From IMG/VR virus record IMGVR_UViG_3300034107_000364: a stretch of 64,000 nucleotides of DNA. One strand, 5' to 3'. Each line of letters opens with the position of its first letter. Position 1 is the stretch's first letter. This DNA is from a virus (Duplodnaviria > Heunggongvirae > Uroviricota > Caudoviricetes). Shown in pieces: positions 59,479 to 64,000 of this stretch. The notes beneath the pieces were generated by a model, which was not told the origin of the DNA, made no database searches, and was given only the letters and a program-made list of their open reading frames with translations. The position numbers and the translations under genes were made by a program.

Positions 59479-60987
59479 GTGGAGCTTAGTTTAACTGAAA
59501 ACAAACAGTTGCTTCGTATTGACGTAGCATCTGAATTAGAATTAGAACAACTCAACATATCTCTTAATAAGAGAATTGAGTCTTGGCGTTTCAATCCCTT
59601 GGTTAAAAAGGGACTATGGGATGGCTACGTTTCATATATAAAAGATGATAAGTGGATTCCTTCTGGACTGTGGAGGGAAGTCATGGGTATTTGTAAGGAC
59701 TACGGGTTTGAATTCAAACTCAATGGTATTACAGATATTTTCGATACGAATATTAACCAAGAAAAATTTAATGAATGGGCTTTAGCATTCTTTGATAAAT
59801 CTGAGATCACTCCCAGAGATTATCAAATAGAAGCTGCATTCAACATTTTAAAATTTAAAAGATGTTTAAGTGAATTAGCAACTTCGGCTGGTAAAACACT
59901 TATATCATTCTTAACCGTAGCATACCTATTAGAAAAACAAAAGGCACAAAAGATTCTCTTTATAGTACCCAATGTTTCTTTAGTGGTACAAGCAAGTGAG
60001 GATTTCCTAGATTATAATTATAGAAATGCTGTAGATATAAAAGTACAGCAAATTTATGCAGGTCAAAAAGTAAGACCAGGTAGAAATGTTATTATAGGAA
60101 CATATCAATCACTTGTTAAAAAAGACAAAGCATATTTTGAAGAGTTCGATGCAGTTATTGTAGATGAAACACATAAAGCAAAATCTGCATCTATTAAAAC
60201 CATATTACAAAAGTGTGCAAATGCTGATTACAAATATGGTTTATCGGGTACTATACCAAAGGAAGGCACTCTAGACAGATTAACTCTAATGGCATATACT
60301 GGTCCTCTAATAACTGAGATCAGTGCAAATTACTTGCAAAATGAAGGTCATATTGCAGGTTGTAAAGTAAAAATTATAAAAATGGACTACGCTCCGCAAT
60401 CTACCAAAGATGCGTTTAGAGAGATGTCACAAAACAGGTATGAAAGCAAAGATGTTTTTAAATTTGAACAGAATTATGTCATTAATTCGCCAGGTCGCCT
60501 TAACTTCATTACTAGCATTATTTCCAGAGTTCGCGGTAATAGTCTGGTCTTATTCCATCGTATCGAGCACGGCAAAAAGATATATGATAAATTACGCAGA
60601 GAAAGCGATAAAACCGTTTACTATGTTGATGGAGGAATTGACCAAGATATTCGAGAGGAACATAAAAAGAAAATGGAAGCCGGAGAAGAAGTCGTTATTG
60701 TTGCATCGTACGGTACATTTTCAACCGGTATCTCGATTAAGAAAATTCACAACATCTTCTTTACAGAATCTTTTAAATCGGAAGTCATAATTAGACAATC
60801 TATTGGTCGTGGTTTAAGGCAACACAGCTCAAAGGAATTCGTTAATATTATTGATTTTGTAGATGATCTTTCATCACCAGACTGGGATAATTATTTAATG
60901 CGACATGCCAAAGAGAGACAACGTATCTACAAAGAACAGAAGTTTAAATACGATATAAAAAATGTAGATTTTGAAGGAGATATATAA
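59479..60987 (+). CDS. uvsW: UvsW-like SF2 DNA helicase
   Basis: GTG start; WDG, PRDYQ, ATSAGKT, IVPNVSLV, DETH, GLSGT, SYGTFSTGISI, QSIGRGLR, DFVDD. Confidence 0.93.
   Translation: MELSLTENKQLLRIDVASELELEQLNISLNKRIESWRFNPLVKKGLWDGYVSYIKDDKWIPSGLWREVMGICKDYGFEFKLNGITDIFDTNINQEKFNEWALAFFDKSEITPRDYQIEAAFNILKFKRCLSELATSAGKTLISFLTVAYLLEKQKAQKILFIVPNVSLVVQASEDFLDYNYRNAVDIKVQQIYAGQKVRPGRNVIIGTYQSLVKKDKAYFEEFDAVIVDETHKAKSASIKTILQKCANADYKYGLSGTIPKEGTLDRLTLMAYTGPLITEISANYLQNEGHIAGCKVKIIKMDYAPQSTKDAFREMSQNRYESKDVFKFEQNYVINSPGRLNFITSIISRVRGNSLVLFHRIEHGKKIYDKLRRESDKTVYYVDGGIDQDIREEHKKKMEAGEEVVIVASYGTFSTGISIKKIHNIFFTESFKSEVIIRQSIGRGLRQHSSKEFVNIIDFVDDLSSPDWDNYLMRHAKERQRIYKEQKFKYDIKNVDFEGDI
60476..60790 (+). 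CDS. putative overprinted small membrane protein in the +1 frame of uvsW
   Basis: aattATG start, 104 codons, hydrophobic VALTSLLALFPEFAVIVWSYSIV; uvsW codon usage shifts over the same span. Confidence 0.45.
   Translation: MSLIRQVALTSLLALFPEFAVIVWSYSIVSSTAKRYMINYAEKAIKPFTMLMEELTKIFERNIKRKWKPEKKSLLLHRTVHFQPVSRLRKFTTSSLQNLLNRKS
60979..60986 (+). promoter_or_regulatory. putative late promoter GATATATA
   Basis: overlaps the uvsW stop, upstream of the CTS polyprotein. Confidence 0.6.
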
Positions 60988-61023
60988 TAAAATAATAACA
61001 CACTAAATATAAAAAAAGATATT

Positions 61024-62991
61024 ATGCAAAAATTAAAATCATTTGATCAGTTTTCGACTGAGACAAAAATTTCTCAGACTAGACAAGTAGAAGAAGACAA
61101 GACTATCAAAAGACAAAATGAAGCCGAAACATTCAAAACATTATTAGCTGAATTTAATGTTACTTCTATTAAAGAGTTAACACAAGAGCAGAGAGTAACA
61201 TTTTTTACCAAACTAAGAGGTGCCGAAGTTAATGAATCAGTTTCATTAATCGAAGAAGGTACAAGAGGTCAAATTGGTAAAATTGATAAAAAAGGTAATA
61301 TCACTTCAGTGTATATGCAATATGATTCATATCCTGAAAACATTTTACCACATCTTAATAAAGGATTTAAAAACGGTAAAAACGTTGATGAGTTAATTAA
61401 AAAAGGTAGTTTTTCAGGTTTAGAAGCTTCTATTGATAAAATTAATTTTTACGGAAAACCAGGTCATATGACTGGATCAGCTGCTACAGAAGCAGATATT
61501 AAGAAATATCTTACAAAAACATCAAACGAAGAATCAGCAGAATATGTTTATCTATGGGATGAAAATGCTAAACAATGGATGATGGCTGATACTTACGCAA
61601 ATACTGGTTTAGTTCCAGCTTTTGAATCACTTTCAGTTTCAGTAAATGAAGCAATTCAAGTACAGTATAAAAGAGATGCTAAAAAAGTACTTACAGTTTA
61701 CAATAACTTATTTGGTAAAAAATTAACTGATTTTGGTGCAATGAACATTGACAGCAAATTAGGTTGTATTAAATACCTATTAGAAAATGCAATGACAGAT
61801 GCTAACTTTCATAAAGAAGGACCAGTTGCATCAGCCGCTATTAAAGGTAACATTGGAACTTTCCAAGTTAAAATGGCAGGATTAGGAAACTATTTTATTA
61901 AAATCGGAGCAACGACAGTTAAAAGAATTTTAGATCAATATGTAACTGATATTTCAGGAGCAGCTGGATGGTCTGGAGTTGGAATCGCTGAAGGTACTGC
62001 ACTATACTTAGAACAAATCGGACAAGAGGCTGCAGGTCAGTCTATGTTAAATGCATTCAATGGAATGTTTACCGAATCTTTCATTAATGAAGCTGAAAAG
62101 TTTAAATCAACGAAAGACTTTGAAGAATTCTGTGAAGAAATCGATGGTATGCCAGAGTCAAGAATTAAGAAAATAATGGGTAAAGATTATATCGATACAC
62201 CAGGTGGTTATAGAGATGAAGCTGAAGATTATGACAATGACATAACTGAATATATGATTTCTAATATGGGTCGTAAAGAATTTGAAAAGCTTCAAGATTG
62301 GTGGGAAAATAATGTAGCTGAGTCTGTAATGAATGAGGCTGAAATTAAATCAGATGAAGAATTTAGTGAATACGCAATGACTGTTTTGAAAAAAGCATTC
62401 GGTGCTGAGTTCGACGAGGCTAAAGCTAAAAAAGTTGCAGACGGTATTCTAGCAAAATCAAAAGGTGATTACGGTACAGCGGTTGGAATGTTAACAAGTT
62501 CTCTTGGAGAATCAGTTACTAACGAAGCTGCGTCATTCTTATTTTCTTTTGATTACAATACAGATGAAGACGATGTTGACTACATTCAGCGTATATTAAA
62601 AGAGGCTGGAGTTGATGCAGTTGCGCAACCAGGACTAGACTCTGAAGAAATGATAGTTAAAGCAAAGAATGCAATTGAATTACGTAAAGCTAAAAAAGCA
62701 ATCAAAGAAAATGGATTTGAAATCTATGAAGCGATCGATACTAAATATTGGGCAGATTATAACACTGACACTTCAGGACAAGGAAATAAAGAATTTGCAG
62801 AAAAATCTAAAGATTTCGAAGATACATTTTCATTAGCAGTTGCTGAGTGGAACGATGAAGCTGACGGTGCTGAAAATAGAATTATAGGTTCACAAGTTGA
62901 CAAAGTTAAAAAAATAGCTCAACAATTCTTCAAAAAAGAAGGTTACATTTCAGTTAACATTGCACAAGCAATGATAGCACAAGAAGCATAA
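61024..62991 (+). CDS. modular capsid-targeted protein / putative polyprotein
   Basis: MQKLKSFDQFSTE leader; modules separated by VNES, AFES..VNEA, FTES..INEA, VAES..MNEA, LGES..TNEA, IYEA. Confidence 0.7.
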   Translation: MQKLKSFDQFSTETKISQTRQVEEDKTIKRQNEAETFKTLLAEFNVTSIKELTQEQRVTFFTKLRGAEVNESVSLIEEGTRGQIGKIDKKGNITSVYMQYDSYPENILPHLNKGFKNGKNVDELIKKGSFSGLEASIDKINFYGKPGHMTGSAATEADIKKYLTKTSNEESAEYVYLWDENAKQWMMADTYANTGLVPAFESLSVSVNEAIQVQYKRDAKKVLTVYNNLFGKKLTDFGAMNIDSKLGCIKYLLENAMTDANFHKEGPVASAAIKGNIGTFQVKMAGLGNYFIKIGATTVKRILDQYVTDISGAAGWSGVGIAEGTALYLEQIGQEAAGQSMLNAFNGMFTESFINEAEKFKSTKDFEEFCEEIDGMPESRIKKIMGKDYIDTPGGYRDEAEDYDNDITEYMISNMGRKEFEKLQDWWENNVAESVMNEAEIKSDEEFSEYAMTVLKKAFGAEFDEAKAKKVADGILAKSKGDYGTAVGMLTSSLGESVTNEAASFLFSFDYNTDEDDVDYIQRILKEAGVDAVAQPGLDSEEMIVKAKNAIELRKAKKAIKENGFEIYEAIDTKYWADYNTDTSGQGNKEFAEKSKDFEDTFSLAVAEWNDEADGAENRIIGSQVDKVKKIAQQFFKKEGYISVNIAQAMIAQEA

Positions 62992-63003
62992 CAATTTAAA
63001 CAA

Positions 63004-63011
63004 GATACATA
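63004..63011 (+). promoter_or_regulatory. putative late promoter variant GATACATA
   Basis: intergenic, 4 nt before ATG. Confidence 0.5.
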
Positions 63012-63015
63012 TCTT

Positions 63016-64000
63016 ATGAAGATTTATAATACATTTGAACAGTTTTTAACAGAGAAATTGCACGTCAACGATGACTATGCACCGATCTTAGAAGGTGGTG
63101 CAGCAGGTCATATGTCACATCCATTTGATAATAATGAATTGACATTCGGTGATTTCAAAGAAATGATTAATGCTGGTCTTAGTGGATCTCTTAATTTCGA
63201 AGAAGAGCCTACTGAAAAAACAGACGGTCAAAATGTATTTGCAACCATTCAAAATGGTGAAGTTAAATTCGCAAGAAATAAAGGTGATATGAAAACTCCT
63301 ATGTCTTTGTCTGATTTTAAGACAAAGTTTGAAGGACATCCTAGTAAATTAGTACAAGATACTTTTCAATTTGCAGCAGATGATTTAGCAGCATCTTTAA
63401 TTAAGTTACCTACAAAAGTACAAGACGAAGTATTCGCAAATGGATTAAACTTCATGAATATGGAATTAATTTATTCTCTTAATCCTAACGTTATTCATTA
63501 TGATGTTGATGTTATTCAATTTCATGGTGTAAAAATAACAGACGGTGAAGGTAATATTACAGGAGAAGATAATTCAGCTGCAAAGAAAATTGCAGGTTTA
63601 TTAAAAGATGTTGATGCTCATATTCAAAAGACATTCTCTATAATTCCTCCACAAGTTATTAAGATAGCCAAAGATATTAACTTTGATGAAAACAAATCAA
63701 AGTTCATAGCTAAAGTCGATGCTCTTAGAGACACATATGGTTTAACAGATGCTGATGCGGTTTCTAGATACCATGAAATGTGGTGGAGAGATCAAATCGA
63801 TTCAATTTTCCCAGATGCAACTCAAGATATTAAAGAAGGTTTACTATTAAGATGGGCATATGATGATAAGAAAACTCTTAACATTAGAGATCTTGAAAAA
63901 ATGGGCTTATCAAAAGAACAAGCAGATGCTGTTAAGAAATTTGATAAGGATGACGTTAAAAAGAAATACAAAGAAAACATTAGACCATTCGAAGATCTTT
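63016..64000 (+). CDS. capsid-targeting-like protein with RNA-ligase-like nucleotidyltransferase motif (3' truncated by window; absent from ORF track)
   Basis: hand translation MKIYNTFEQFLTE..ILEGGAAGHMSHPFD..TEKTDGQNVF..FARNKG..MNMELIY..IQFHG; no stop seen to the window end. Confidence 0.7.
   Translation, partial: MKIYNTFEQFLTEKLHVNDDYAPILEGGAAGHMSHPFDNNELTFGDFKEMINAGLSGSLNFEEEPTEKTDGQNVFATIQNGEVKFARNKGDMKTPMSLSDFKTKFEGHPSKLVQDTFQFAADDLAASLIKLPTKVQDEVFANGLNFMNMELIYSLNPNVIHYDVDVIQFHGVKITDGEGNITGEDNSAAKKIAGLLKDVDAHIQKTFSIIPPQVIKIAKDINFDENKSKFIAKVDALRDTYGLTDADAVSRYHEMWWRDQIDSIFPDATQDIKEGLLLRWAYDDKKTLNIRDLEKMGLSKEQADAVKKFDKDDVKKKYKENIRPFEDL

Noticed and set aside
59520-59720. Second GC-richer patch at the start of uvsW
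   Set aside because: The +1 frame has several stops and the patch is largely explained by Trp/Gly/Pro codons
4532-63339. Minus-strand ORFs in the track (e.g. 4532, 9989, 19617, 34224, 35107, 50002, 57531, 63115)
   Set aside because: They lie antisense to longer plus-strand genes (7621-7821 also crosses a short spacer and terminator) and have no motifs or promoters; typical shadow ORFs
1-64000. Stop-codon reassignment as in Lak or some crAss-like phages
   Set aside because: Genes are full length under code 11, coding density is high, and TAG ends genes cleanly (7706, 9059)
1-64000. tRNA, rRNA, introns or IS elements
   Set aside because: Intergenic gaps are short, and no cloverleaf, split gene or transposase was seen by eye; a tRNAscan/Infernal run would be needed to exclude them fully

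Overview
A gene-dense, AT-rich segment of a large T4-like (myovirus) dsDNA phage, with every credible gene on the + strand and standard code 11. Starts lack Shine-Dalgarno motifs and have A/T-rich leaders, and there is a BACON-like domain, which suggests (by inference) a Bacteroidota/Flavobacteriales host. Gene order: UV endonuclease UvsE; mosaic tail fibre; a cluster of proteins with a T4-like capsid-targeting N-terminus (zincin, Acb1-like 2H phosphoesterase, GNAT, others) plus a GT25 glycosyltransferase; dCMP deaminase and DinG-like helicase; a ~38 kb baseplate/neck/fibre module (gp53-, gp27-, gp5-, gp13-, gp25-, gp6-like) interrupted by a ribosomal protein S1 homolog and an amidoligase; a BACON-Hint protein; a spanin candidate; RuvC, gp32 SSB, primase, UvsY, UvsW; then two more capsid-targeted proteins. 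Most notable: (1) at least nine ORFs share an MKxxxxF[ED]xF..E leader and internal [NTL]E-[SAG] sites, suggesting a virion-packaged, prohead-protease-processed cargo/polyprotein system that includes counter-defence enzymes; (2) a probable overprinted membrane-protein gene inside uvsW; (3) a poly-Gly-Hint adhesin; (4) two promoter classes read from the sequence (GATA[T/C/A]ATA and AAAC-N17-TATAA). All calls come from motif recognition by eye; no database searches were run.
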